A stretch of DNA of 64,000 nt from Babesia bigemina (lineage: Eukaryota): positions 1,798,001 through 1,862,000 of the forward strand of contig NC_027216.1 of NCBI RefSeq assembly GCF_000981445.1, read 5' to 3'. The notes under the pieces were generated by a model. The model had not been told where the DNA came from, made no database searches, and worked only from the letters and a program-made list of their open reading frames with translations. Below are positions 1 through 12,424 of the stretch, piece after piece. Both the position numbers and the translations under genes were made by a program. Each line of letters starts with the position of its first letter. Position 1 is the stretch's first letter.

Positions 1-120
1 CTGAAGGATATTAGGGAAATGATGGAGTCGCTAAAGGATATGAGGGAAATGAAGGCAACGCTGAAGGATATGAGGGAAATGATGAAATCGCTGAACGATA
101 AGAAGGAAACGAAGGAGATA
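1..120 (+). repeat. 30-bp tandem repeat (at least 4 degenerate copies, LKDMREMxxx)
   Basis: Units at 1, 31, 61, 91: ctgaaggatattagggaaatgatggagtcg / ctaaaggatatgagggaaatgaaggcaacg / ctgaaggatatgagggaaatgatgaaatcg / ctgaacgataagaaggaaacgaaggagata. Confidence 0.85.
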
Positions 121-1131
121 GCTGAGACGATGAAATCGTTACTAGACTTGTTGCAGCGTGGCGCGTTACACAAAGAGGTCGTTGCTCCATGCGTGTTGAA
201 AACGCCACATTCGGATGGTGGCACAGGGACCTCACCGTCCGGTGGCGGTCAACAGCAGTTGTGTTCTGCTCCTCCGCAATCACAACATGCCAGTTCACAA
301 GCTCAGTCGGTAAACATACCCGAAACTTGTGTGGTTAAAAAATCGCCTAATTTAACGGCCCATCAACAAGTGGTGTACAATTCGCTGATCTATGTCCCTC
401 GCAACTTCAAGGAGGCTGTTGACTGGTTGATTGCCGTGAGGGGAGATGATGGAATGAAGCACTTGAAGGCTTTGGGCGCAGCGCTTTACGATTTTTACGC
501 ACACATGTCAGGTAGATTCACAGAGGTGTCAGATCTAGATAAAGTCATACGCGTTTCTAGAGAGTTCTTAGAGCAAGAGAAGCTTAAAAAGCGTCGATCC
601 GTTAAGCGTATTCTGATCAAACTAAATGATCGTTTGCGTAAAACACCCGATCAGCTAGCTAAGGACATTGGCTCCGCAGACGATACGGAGAAAGAGAAGT
701 ACTTACAAACCAAGGGTCTCACTGCTGACACCATCGCAGAAAAGCTATGTTGCGTCGTGGATGCATGTGCGGAGTTCCTGGGAAGAATAAAGAACCGCAG
801 TCACTACAAGTCTGCTTACAGTCCGCAGGCGACGTCGGATGCGTCATTTTCGGCTCATCCGGAAACTGGCGTAGTAATCTTCGTGGGTATTGCGCCAATG
901 TTATGCGCAAGCATATTGGCTTTGGAGATGGCTAGTTTTCGTGCGGTACTCAGACTGCCGCCGTTTATTGCGTATAAGCGTATGCAGGAGTTGATACAAG
1001 CCCTGGGTTACGTAGAGCCAGAATGCCGCGCTGGCATGACGGCTTCGTATGTCGTAGATGCTTTGGGCGATTTTGAATCAGAGACAACTGACTTCATATA
1101 CCGCCTCGCTGGATTCTGGGCGTTCTACTGA
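1..1131 (+). CDS. VESA1-like (variant erythrocyte surface antigen N-terminal-like) multigene family protein with N-terminal 10-aa repeats; 5'-partial (frame open to window start)
   Basis: Frame 1 is open from base 1. The C-terminal ~250 aa (VYNSLIYVPRNFKEAVDWLIAVRG...YKSAYS...GIAPML...LAGFWAFY) are paralogous to 24716-25477 and resemble the recalled VESA1 N-terminal motif (SL..P.NLKEAIDW). Confidence 0.7.
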   Translation: MKDIREMMESLKDMREMKATLKDMREMMKSLNDKKETKEIAETMKSLLDLLQRGALHKEVVAPCVLKTPHSDGGTGTSPSGGGQQQLCSAPPQSQHASSQAQSVNIPETCVVKKSPNLTAHQQVVYNSLIYVPRNFKEAVDWLIAVRGDDGMKHLKALGAALYDFYAHMSGRFTEVSDLDKVIRVSREFLEQEKLKKRRSVKRILIKLNDRLRKTPDQLAKDIGSADDTEKEKYLQTKGLTADTIAEKLCCVVDACAEFLGRIKNRSHYKSAYSPQATSDASFSAHPETGVVIFVGIAPMLCASILALEMASFRAVLRLPPFIAYKRMQELIQALGYVEPECRAGMTASYVVDALGDFESETTDFIYRLAGFWAFY

Positions 1132-3007
1132 GTAGGGCATTTAATAGCTGAATAAGCCGCCACGTGTTGCTTCTGAGCCCGCAGCACCAGTGAGTTGGCA
1201 TCTCTTCACCACTCACGAAACATCCCAAGTTTTTGAAATGCAGTCGTAGCGAGCTTTGTGAATACAGTCTTCATCCACTGCACTGGCGCGGAAAACAACT
1301 ATGGGCGTCTCGCGAATCGAGCTCGTGAGGCAATTAGACCTGCGTTCATGCAGCTCCATACAACGAAATGTCTGCATACCCGACTCCATGTGGCAACCGA
1401 CAGTTCAACAACCACGCTGATCACTCCTCCACATCCCCTTGGGCGAACGAGATATCAATAACGCTTTGCAAATAATGCCGTGATACACGTCACGTGAATG
1501 CGAAACGCCTTTTCACTTCAAGGCGCATTAACACATAGTTATATCATCAATGGACAGCTTAATATTTGGTTTTGGTAACTTTCATGAATCTACATGCTGA
1601 CATTTCTTGTAGAAAATGCAGGGATGGTGTTACTGCTTATCGATGTGAAGATTGCGTTTTTGAGCTCTGTATAGCCCGCTTGCCATAACAAGTAATGTAG
1701 TGCTAAACGGCAGGTCAAGTGGGCAATAGCAGTGATGGCGATTACATTCGGCAACAGAACAACATGGCACCCTCAACCAGTATCAGAGTGAGGCGGTGGC
1801 TCCGCTGAACCGAAAAACAGCCCTAGGCACATATCCACATAGCACACGATAAAATGAGAGAACATAATAAATGAGTACCGTAAATATAACCTTTGTTTAA
1901 GGCCGGCAAGCTTCATCTCTTGCAAGGGCATTTTCGTACGCCAGTCCTGACGTGCCTTTCCATTTAAAGAGCGCTTTTTATAGGTTCTTGTATAGCACCA
2001 AAGCACCTGACCAGTATCTGTTTACTTAGAGTTCAGAAACAACGTGGAATACACCATTCGACAAAGTCACTGAAGTGCTTGCAGTCATTTTGGGGGATTG
2101 CGCCAATGCTATACGTGGGCATAGCATTTTTCGGGAGGCGTCAATGTCTAGGGTGCATAGGTGGTTGAATTCTAAGGAGTGTAAGCGTATGCAAGAGACG
2201 TAAAAAATGTTTGGGTTACATAGAGCCGGAATACTGCGCTGGCGTGACATTCACATTTCATCCTGCGCTTGGTTATTTGCATTACCATGTATTTGGGACA
2301 TCTTACGGCCACTCGGAACCAGAGGACTACTATTGATGAGAGGGGAGTTGCATGTGAACTGTAAATGCAGTTTGACCGCGATGTTGCGTACGGTCTCCGA
2401 ATAAGTTCGCATCACTGGAATGCACTGAGATGGACGCGGAGCGCTACAGTGGGTTCTGTTTCAGTTTCATAGTGTAGGCAAACTAACATTACGTGAAATC
2501 GTACGGCCTCGAATGATATCCAATAGTAATTTAGTGTTTAAATCGTCGTTCATGCTTCCACGTCGGCAGTATGTATGCACCCTGCCAAGTAAGTTCCAAC
2601 AGTTTGCCCACACTCCGCATCTCCACTCTAAAACTGCCGTTGAGTTTCACATAGGTCGGAGCGTTCTCGTTGGCGTGGAATATTGTCAGCATAATGTAGC
2701 TGGTTCATTCGACGCCTACAACGAATTAATCCACACATCCCATTACGGGAAAACCATAGGATAGGATAAATTCATAGCTAACTATATCGTAGTAGAAGTG
2801 CTACTCGTACTACATTAGTTTGGTGGGAAGGTAATAGGACGATTTTTGGAGTCCTAAAATTTGCTTTGGTGGGCTAACACGGGACTTGCGTATTGGCGTT
2901 TCCCGGTGAACAAAACCTAGTGACTTCATTTGGAGGGGATTCGCCTCTTGTGTTTACACAATATGAGATTGATGAACATGGCACATAGCGAGTATTGAAT
3001 GGCGGTG

Positions 3008-5250
3008 TCAGACACTTCTGTGTTGAGCCGCAGCTGGAGGTGCGCTCGCCTGCGCATGGCGAATGCGCTTATTGTGCTTCAACGAATTCAGCACTGACAT
3101 CAGGTCGTCGTCGTGAACTCCCATGGTCGCAAGCGATCGCATCTGTCAACCGTTAAACAAGGCCTTGCTAACTCACAATTGCCGTAATGTGGGTATACGA
3201 TAAGCGGTCCAGGATGAGAATGTTGCGCTTTACGAGCCCCAAAACCGCTTGCGCGCTCTGCATGAATGCGCAATCTCCCAGTGCTTCCACGACCTTTGCC
3301 ATCTGCAGCCGACCGTTTGCGCAATTTGAAGCAAATCACCAACCGAAAAGGCCGAAAACTGTAGGCGTGTTTCCCCCAGGCGCATTGTCAGACCCTCCAA
3401 CATCTCCTGACATAACCTTGACAGCTCCTGCCTAGTTCCTTCGCCGTCACGCATCGCGTAATTGCGGATCCGCGAGAATGCCAAGGCCAGGTTTGCAATT
3501 TCGTCTGGCTCGTAGGTAGACAGGTTGGAAAGGCAGCCCTTTGCTAAGATGACACATACGCGGTGGCTCAACTCACCTTGGCCAGATGCACGAGTAGCTC
3601 GTCACTTTGCAGGATGTTGCCCTTCACCAGCGAATACACCAAGGAGACGTAGGTCGTGGGCTGGGGCAGGTCAGCACCCGTTGGGCCATGCGCGGCCACA
3701 CCGGACCTCTGGCGCTCCAAGTCGTCGAACAGCTGAACAAAGCGTTGACAGAATTTGGCGGTCGTTGCTTGGTCGCGGATTTCGCCCTTGGTGTAAGCGT
3801 GGAAAATCATCGTCAGGCCCTGCCACGAATACGTGTCCAGATGCTGCGCGAGTTTGGGGAGCCCGCATCAAACGTCTCACCTCAGTGCACTTGCGCCAGA
3901 TGAAGCGGTTGTTGCGCGACCGGTAGCCCAGTTTGTTGAACGCGTGAATCATCATTGCGATTTGACGGCCGTCGTAGGCATCGATGCCGAAGACGAAGCT
4001 GTCATCAATGACCTCGAGCAGATCCTCGTGGCACAGACACGACATTGCGAACGCATTGGCTACGACGCAGACATGCCTGTTGGTCAGCTGGTGGCGCTGG
4101 GTCACAATCTCCTCCGCCAGGCGGGTGAAAAGTTCTATGTACCCCGCTGCCTCCGCACTGCCGAACTTCGAATACGCGTTGCTCAACGATACCAACGTGT
4201 CGACGCTGTAGCCTGGGCACGACTCCATGATGCGCTCACGCAGGAAGTCAAACAGCTTCTTGTCCAGCATCCCTTTTCGAGAAAGGCCATTCGCAAAAAA
4301 ATGGACCACCTCCTCGGTCCACAGGGCAGCGTCAGATTCCGGTATATGGCGGTTGAACAAAGAGTCACGGACTGACGATAGCACCCCGCCCACGTCACAA
4401 GGTAGACGCGATATTGTGTTGGTCAGCCGCGCGAGGCTGCCCAGGTTGAACCGATCCATGTGAGCGCGCACCTGTGCCAACAACCGCCGCAGCAACCGTT
4501 CCGTCTCCTCCATTCTGGTCCGCCACTGGGAAGCGCCGCTGCCCGCATAGCCTTCTGCCAGCGTGCTCAGCGCCGATACCGCCGCGTACGGGCTGAACGC
4601 CTGGCCCCGCTGCAGCATGCGCTCGATCAACGCCCGCTGTAGCGCGTAGTCGCGATACTCCATCTTCTGGAAGCAGCGGAGCACGATGCCGCACTCGCAC
4701 GCGAGCAGCTTGTCCATCAGTTCCGCCGTGCCGTCAGCGACGGACGACATGAACTGGCTTCGCTCAACGTCCCACCCCCTGCAAGACGTATCTAACGCCG
4801 CCATCGATAACTACCTAGTGCGAGATCGCCTCGTCACGCAATGGCGCAGCAGCGACGATAGAAGGTAGTCCCGCGGGTCGCTGCTGTAGCGCTGCGAGGC
4901 CTCCGCAAACTGCTCCGGCATGTGGACCAGGCGGTCGCGGAAGACGCGATCGTTGCGTTCTTGCCAGTCTTCCACCATGTCAAACGGCACCCGTTCAGCT
5001 ATCTGCGCCGGTTTGGGCCGCGATTGTGTCTACAACCCACCTGGCTCTGCAATGCGCGCTCCTGGGCGGTGCTCGGCCTGTAGAGCTCGCCGAAAGCGAG
5101 CCCTGGCTGGGATGCCACGCATCGACGGCACCCTCCAAATGCTGTGAAGCAGCTGACGTAGAATCCCGCGCCGTGCAGGCAGCGGAGCGAACGCGCCGAG
5201 CCGGAGCCCAGAAGGCCACCGGCGACGCGCGCCGCCGACAACGCTAACAT
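3008..5250 (-). CDS. Helical-repeat (HPR/OPR-like) putative mitochondrial RNA-binding protein, ~7 exons
   Basis: Presequence-like N-terminus MLALSAARVAGGLLGSGSARSLRCLH. Short GT-AG introns (e.g. 5003-5040) join the ORF fragments. Recurring helix-pair motifs: DRFNLGSLARLTNTISRL, PGYSVDTLVSLSNAYSKFG, DAYDGRQIAMMIHAFNKLGY, STYEPDEIANLALAFSRI, DRLSYTHITAIMRSLATMG. Confidence 0.7.
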
Positions 5251-5314
5251 CGATAAGCTACATAGAAGGACATTCTAACAACGAGTTAAGCGACGGAGTC
5301 GTCCCGCGCCGGCG

Positions 5315-8300
5315 CTAAATTACAAATGTGCGCTGCAGACTCGACACGCGGTCGCCCAGACTGAGCGCCACAGACTGAACACAAGGTTAGAAATAGCAGC
5401 GCGCAACGTACCTCGGTCCTCGAGCGGATCTTGAAGCAGCCCGAGTAGAGCCCTTGCTTCTGCTTGACAACGCTCAAATTGGCCAGAGCCTCCTCTCCTG
5501 GAACGGGGTCACCAGCGAAGCAACGCAAACCTACCGTGGGGTGTGCTGCAGAACAAGTTCAGCGCGAAGAAGCTCGTGTCACCCAGCAGCGCCGCAAGTT
5601 CCGGCTGCACCTTGAGGTACTCCATGTACTTCGACAGGAACTCGGCCTGGCCGGCGGGGCCGGGCGCGCTCTTGAGGGTCGGCGGGGCCGCCGGACACAC
5701 CACGGTCATGTGCGTCACCTGCAGCAGACCGCGCAGCAGGTCCAGAGGGTCGGCCTTCGAGGGGTGGATCTGGATCTTGTGCTCCCACTCGAATTCAGTC
5801 CAGTAGGTGCGGAACAGCGAGGGGGAGATGAAGCTGGGCTGCACGTAGTCGTACATGCAAACGCTCATGGGGTTGAACGGCAGGCACTCCTGGATACCGG
5901 ACTTCTCTTTGTCGAAGTACACGTGGCCGTAGATCACGTCGTTCAGGCTGCGCTTCAGCTTGAAGTTGACCTGGAGAACCCTGCTCTCGCCGGGGCCCAA
6001 GGTGATGATGGGGATGCTGGACGACATCTCCAGGCGGTCGTTCGCGCACAGCTCCACGCGGATGTTCTGCAGAATCACCTCAGTGGTGTTGCGCAGGTAC
6101 AGGGTGAGGTAGAGCCTAGTGGTGATCACGTTCAAGGTGGTCTCGATGTACAGCGCGTCCATCAACGAGGTGAACTGGTGGACGGCGCCGAGGTTACGCT
6201 TGTCGGCGTCTTTAGTTCGCACCTTGTAGATGGAATTGCCGGTGCTGAGCAGCTTGTCAATCTCGTAGTTGTCACCGGGATTGGCGCCGCCCACCTCCGA
6301 CTCGTCCTCGATGGACCATTCGTCCTCGCCCACCTCGCCGAACAGAACGCTGTAACTGATGCGCTCATCAACGTCGCTCTTCGGCTCCAGGGGCATGCTC
6401 GACTGAGCCGGCGACCACTTCCTGCACGAAGCCGATATGTACTCCTGGACGAGGGGGCGATATTTATCGCGCTCCTTCAGAAGGCCGAGGCAGAGCTTCA
6501 GGATGGTGCGCAGACGGCGCTGGGAGTAGACCGACGCGTATTGAGGCCGGCCGACCAGCCGCACGAGGTTGGCGACCACGAGGGTTGCCTTCGCGATGCA
6601 GTCCGTATCGTTGCAGGCGAAAGAGAGCTTCAGCAAGCACTGCGCCACCGAGCAGTACAGCAGGGGGTCGCAGGTATCCACAAGCATGTCTCGCAACGTG
6701 GTGGCAGTGGGGGTGCTGGCCTTCTTGTCGGACAGTTGTGCGCCGTAAGTTCCGTCCTGCAGAACCACGGTGTGCGTCGCCACACCACTGTCGTCCTGGC
6801 CGTCGCCTAGCCCAATGCTGCCGCTGGTGCCCGCGCGATCAAGCGACCCCGCGGCGGAGTCGGAGCCAGTAGCTACCACAAACGGATACGGCGACAGCAG
6901 CTCGTAGATCTTGTTGCAGCAGTGCGAGGCAAGCTGCTCCGAGCCGGCGTACTCCCCGATGACCCAGAAGCAAACCGACAGGACGCTGGAGTGGGGAATC
7001 AGGTCTATGAAAGTGAGCAGCTTCACGATGGTCTCCTCACGCAGCTGGGGAAGCAGCTCCGTCAGCTGCTTGAAGAACATGGCGCAATCCTCGGCGGTCT
7101 CCGCATGGCGATGGCTGAGATAGCCCAGCAACATGTCATACACGATCCCGCTACGCTCCGGGTAGAGACCGCATGTGTAGTGAATGGCCTTGATCAGCGT
7201 GATGCGGTATTGGGCAATCTGACGCTGGCTGTAAGTCGCGATGTCCTCCGCGGTGGTGAACGCCTTCTTGAAGCTCTGCAAAAGCGCGTCCGCGTTCTGG
7301 CGGGTGACCGAACGCAGCGCCAGAGATAGTAGGCCCATGGTGATGTGACGGCTGGAACCGCTCAGAGCACGCACAAGGTCCATCACGTGCTCCTCAAGCA
7401 CGTTAGGCACGTCACCCAGAGACGACGAACGGGCGTGCAGCGTGTTCAGCTTCTCAATGACCAGCATCTTCACATTAAGGTCGGACTCGTCCAGCAACAC
7501 CTTGATCAAAGCGCTCGCCGCGGCGCGGCGGGCCTCCACGGGCGTCGACTTCATCCGGCAGATGATGTGGGCGCCCTCCATGCGGACGTCGTTGTCAGGG
7601 CTGTTCTCCATCAACATCAGCGTCACGCGCATCATCAAGGAATGGACGCGGCTGTCTAACGAATACAGCCAGAAGAAGGACGAGAGCACCTCCAGGTGGA
7701 AGCGAGCGGGGAAGGAGAGCATGGTGCCCTCCACCCCGAGCAGGTACTGCACGGCCAGCGAGGGGTCGCAGAGACGCAGCAGGTTGAACGCCTGCGCCTT
7801 CACGGACGCTCCGCTGTTGCCGAGCAGCAGGCGCTCAGTGTCCTCGGTGGAGGAGAGCACGCACTCAGTGCCGAAGCGCTCCGCGATTTTCGACAAACAC
7901 AACAACGCATTGCGATGGACGTACGGATCCGGGTGCTTCAGGTTGTCCACGATGGCCGGCAGCATCGGGCCGACAATGTTCCAGTGGCGCAGCTTCGAGA
8001 CCAGGCGCATCGCAGAACCGCGCACGTATTCGTTGGGGGAGCACAGGTCGTTGCGCAGCGCGTTGCAGACAAGAATGCTCTCCTCGCGCACGGTGCCGTC
8101 GGCCGTGCAGAAGTCGAAGATCTGGAAGAACAGGTGCACCAGCTTCTTCAGGCGGTGGTCGTTGCTCGGGAGCACGAACCGGATGATGCTCATCAGCAGC
8201 GACGACACATCCTCGCCTTTGAGCATATCTGCGCAAAAGTCGGCAACCAACACACCGAAAACCTACGCAAAATGGTTTGCTCGAGCGCCGCGATTTTCTT

Positions 8301-8423
8301 AGCGCTGTTCGAGTCCTCCAGCTTCGTCCGTATCGACGCCAGCGTCCGGTCCGACACGCCGTCCAGGTCCAAGAAGATCGGACAGGGCGCGTCTGAGTCC
8401 GAACATACCTTCCCGAGAGCCAT
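5315..8423 (-). CDS. COPB1: Coatomer subunit beta (beta-COP), 4 exons
   Basis: IIRFVLPSNDHRLKKL, ILVCNALRNDLCSPNEYVRGSAMR, FRTYWTEFEWEHKI, and C-terminal GEEALANLSV...KIRSRTE|SVALSLGDRV. Introns at 8229-8266 and two near 5375-5535. Confidence 0.95.
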
Positions 8424-8650
8424 CGTCCCACGCAATTCAGACTGAGCCACCGCGTGATACGCCGCGACTCCGTGCTCGGGGGCGGCACACCCACACACTA
8501 CGCCGGGGGCACACTGCAGCGACGCCGCGCCGGCAGAAGGATCCAGGCTAGGACGCCAAAAGGTCCTCGTTTGCGGTGTAGGTGCTTCAAGGGCCTACAC
8601 CCGTGTCGCGCCGCGCTGGAGCACTCGGTCAGCCAAAGGGACGCTGAAGC

Positions 8651-9115
8651 ATGGACTACGCCGTTTACGCCGTGCTGGCCACGGGTGTCGTGATTACGCT
8701 GGGCATATTCACCAAAACCGCTCTCTGGAACCACTACGGGGAGCGTGTGCTGTCACTGCCGCACCCGTTCCTGGCGAGACTCGGTGTACGACGCGAAACC
8801 ACGGAGTGGCTGGTCGGACTGTGCTGCGTGCTCCTGTCGCTCAACCACGCCGCCAGGGGCGTGGACGCGCTCGGCGGCTACAAGAGCGCAGCGGAAGTGC
8901 TTCTGGACCTCGGGAAGTTTGCGGAAGACGCCAACGCAGCGCAGCTCCGCGAGGTGTTCGCGGGCGCCCTAGGGGCCATGGTCTGGGCGTTCATTCTGCA
9001 CTTCTACCACAAGCAGCGGACGTCGCACAGGCGCGTGCTTGAGCACCAGCGCAAACACGAAGACGACCACATAACTAACAACTGCCTGCGGTTCCGACAG
9101 GCATTTAATGAGTAG
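8651..9115 (+). CDS. Small three-TM membrane protein (possibly BAP29/31-like)
   Basis: 154-aa ATG ORF with GC3-rich codons, divergent from COPB. Three hydrophobic segments followed by a charged tail. The family call is tentative. Confidence 0.6.
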   Translation: MDYAVYAVLATGVVITLGIFTKTALWNHYGERVLSLPHPFLARLGVRRETTEWLVGLCCVLLSLNHAARGVDALGGYKSAAEVLLDLGKFAEDANAAQLREVFAGALGAMVWAFILHFYHKQRTSHRRVLEHQRKHEDDHITNNCLRFRQAFNE

Positions 9116-9129
9116 TGCGCATGGCGTGT

Positions 9130-10679
9130 TCATACGTAGGGCCGGCCGAAGCGCAGCAGGCGCTCGCGGTAGAGTTTCACCAGCCGTTCCTCGCGCTTCG
9201 AGGGCGTCTCTGCAGTGGGGATGTGCGGCCCTGATAGGCGAACTCACCGTCGGGGTCGAGGTCCGAACTGGTCAGTGTCTCCGCCTCAAGCTCGGCCATC
9301 TCAGCGGTAATGGCCTGTTCCTCCTTTATGAGCCACATCGGCTTTATGTAGACCACGTTGCAGCCGCGCGCGCGCATCTTCTCCAGGTAGTGCACCCGCT
9401 CGATGCTGGGACGAGCCTGACGGCAAATGAGCGGCCCTACGACAACAACGCACCGTCTTCGGTAGCACCTCGAACTTGTACGGCTTCAGGTGGGCGCGCA
9501 AGTTGACCCGGTCGTAGTAGACGATGGTTACCGAGCCTCCGACCCGCTTTATGGCGTCTATCGACGACTGGTCGCTGCCAGCAACCTCGATGTCGATCTT
9601 GTACGGGAAGGGATAATCGTTCTACACGAAATCAAGTTGCTGCCACCCCGCATTGCACATAGCACAAAACGCAGCATACATAAACCTTTTCCGCGCCCAA
9701 TTTAATAGCAAAACTCGGGGTATCGGAGTGCTTGCCTATTATGGCAGTCGCAGATCAAAGCGTGTATCAATGTACACTGGTTCGCGAATACGAAGCTTAG
9801 GTGTTCACAAAACCGTTGCATACACGGTTTTTGAATCGCAAGAAACATTTATTAACGGCCAAACATACCACGTTGAACAGCTGAACGCCTCGCTTAACCT
9901 TGACGCACTTGCTGTCGAACAGGTGCCGTTGGGTAATCGGAAAACGCGTGTCCAGGCGACCTCGTTCGATGAAATAACGCAACTTCGCAAGGTTCAAGGG
10001 GTCGAAGGTCTTGCGCTGACTAAGCCAATGACGCCACGACAAAACTAAACCTACCGTGACAACCATGCTTCAGGCCACTTGGGCAGCCTCCGGAACAAGG
10101 GCGTCTGGCCACCCTCGAACGTGCGGCTGTTGGGCTTGCCCCCTCGGTGTTTTTGGCGCTTGAAACGGTAGCCACGCGCAGAACTTTTCTTCCCGCGACC
10201 GCGCTTCTTGTGGCGTTTCAGGCCCTGAGCTCAATGCAGACATGAGTGAAAAACAAAAGGCACTCACAACAAACATCAGAGCGAACATAGATGGCAGAAC
10301 ACGGGCATATTTAGCGTTAAATAGGTGCGCAACTTACATAAATTCGCAAGTTTCTGGGCTCTATAGGGAACAACGGACGCTTCGAGAAGGCAAACCGCCG
10401 GTTGAAGGGATGTGGCGTGAACGGGCGTGCCTCGCCAGAGGAATCGGATTCGTCGCAACCGAACAAGTTTCGGTAGTGCACGCCGCGCAGCCGCCCGTCC
10501 TCTACCACCACGAGGTCACGAGGCGGGGCGACTGCGGAGCAACTCGACGCCGCCGACCGCGAAACGCCGATGCCCCGACCCCGCCATTTCAAAAGGCCAG
10601 ATGACCCCGCGCCACTGTAAAGTGAATTTAAACGGGAGACATGTTGTATTATAGAGCGCTCCAGTGAAAGCAGGAACAT
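9130..10679 (-). CDS. MRPL15: Mitochondrial ribosomal protein uL15m, multi-exon
   Basis: Spliced product contains KKRGRGKKSSARG...QKHRGGKPNSRTFEGGQTPLFRRLPKW, LNLAKLRYFIERGRLD, IDIEVAGSDQSSIDAIKRVGGSVTIVYYDRVNLRAHLKPYKF and YLEKMRARG. Confidence 0.9.
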
Positions 10680-10800
10680 TGTCTGCCAACACACCTCTAG
10701 CAGTGACCGACCGTCGACGCAGTGGTGCCCCAAACAACGTGACAGCCGCGCACATCGGCGACAGCGGCCAGTGCTCTTCTATATGTGTGGTCTGCGCGCT

Positions 10801-12226
10801 CTAGACGCGGCGTTCGTGCTCGTAACCACTCGCGGTGCCGTGGAAGCCAGACACGACGGTCACCTGGTCGGACATGCCGTGCAACGGGTCAACTCCGCCG
10901 AACGTGCGCTTGGAGTTGTCTTGCAGTGTTCCCATGAAACTCTCGACCTGCGTGCGTAGCTCGAAATTGCCGCGCAAGCGTCGTATCTCTCCCCCTGATG
11001 CTGGCAACGCATCAGCCTCCTCCACTTGGGCATGCGGCAGCAACCTCGCGAAGTCGAACTCGTACGGTGCCGACCATTCAATCCGCTCCAATGCGACCAG
11101 AACCTCGAAAGGGAGTACCACCCTGCGTGCAAGCTCCTCAGGGAGTGAAAGGACGGACTCCCCGCAAGACAGCAGGCAGAACACGTCTATGTTGGGGAAG
11201 TTGGCCAACTTAGCCTCGGTCAGGCAGTTCACGGAAAAGGTGTAGCAGCGCTTGCCGTGGCTCTCCAATAGTTGCGATAGACTGTGACGCAGGGCGCTAG
11301 AGCCGCGGAGCGTACGGGCAATCACCAGGATACCGACCGTCGACGCTTCACGCACCTTCTCCACCTTTTGATAGCGCCGCATGCGCAGCCTGTGGCCCCT
11401 TTCATCTATCACGCGATGTGAAAACTCGTTGGAGTCGACAGTAATAACGTGAAATTGGCTGCCTACGCTCGAAAGAGCCAAGTAGTCGGTCGTGACATCG
11501 CGATCTGGTCCGTCGGCGACGTACAAGACGAGGGTTTCGCTGTCACCCACAGACGCTTCCACTGACGACGCTTGAGTCCTCTGGCCATCTGCGGTGCAGA
11601 CGAATAAACGTCGCCCGCAAAAATAGTCGTCACTCTCCGGCCGGTCGGAGTTGCCTCCCGAGCGCTCAACGCATTCTGCGATAAACGACAGCTTGCCCGA
11701 AGAGTTCAAGCACTCCTCAAACGCATCTACTAGGTGGTGCATTGAGCTGTCGTACACCAGAATCAGACGCGTGTAGCTACACGCCGCCAGTACGTCTCGC
11801 AAGTATAGGCACAGCTTCCCGCCGTCGGCTGCGGAGCGGTCAAAAACGCGCCTCACTGGCATCGGCGGGTCCATCACGCTGTGGCAAGAGACGCCGATGT
11901 GAACAACGAAGTCTGCAAAGGTATATTACGCCGCAGCAGAGCATAGAGCACAAAATAGAGGGTGACACAGGGTTAGTAGACAACTATCAAACATTGCACA
12001 AACCTGCCGCACATCTTCTCGCCGCTATGACGTCCGTACAGCAGCTACCTATGAACACGTCGCCCAGCACGTAGAATTCCGGGCGCTCCGTCGAAGATCT
12101 AAACCGCGCCTGAATGGCATGGCAGAACTGCGATCCCACCGAAAGATCGGCGGACTGGATCGCAATGCGTTTGTAACCGCTTTTCTCTATCTCAGATGCG
12201 ATTAAATCCACGTAAAAGGTATCCAT
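10801..12226 (-). CDS. DPH2: Diphthamide biosynthesis protein (DPH2-like), 2 exons
   Basis: YKRIAIQ...YVLGDVFIGSCCTDVIAARR|DFVVHIGVSC; MRRYQKVEKVREASTVGIL; EAKLANFPNIDVFCLLSCGE; C-terminal RTFGGVD...GFHGTASGYEHE. Confidence 0.88.
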
Positions 12227-12424
12227 CGTGTGATAAGAAAGCAGTGGATGACGGAAGGTCCGCTCCCAGTGCTGCGGACCCTACAGTAACGGCATCACAG
12301 ATTCGACACTCAAACAAGTACACATTTAAGCGCCTCCGTAAAATGTAAAGCGTTGTGTTGGATACTGGCCGATATACACATGATAGCCCTTCGGGCGTTC
12401 CGGCGCAACGACATCGTCGAGCGT

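Noticed and set aside
1..120. 30-bp repeats as a CRISPR array
   Set aside because: Contiguous in-frame coding repeats without spacers, in a eukaryotic genome.
1140..3000. Short ORFs in the gene-poor region after the first VESA-like gene
   Set aside because: No motifs or convincing spliced model; a degraded family remnant cannot be excluded.
5464..8445. Long + strand ORFs (448, 286, 249 aa) opposite COPB
   Set aside because: Antisense shadows caused by GC3-rich codon usage; no recognisable motifs.
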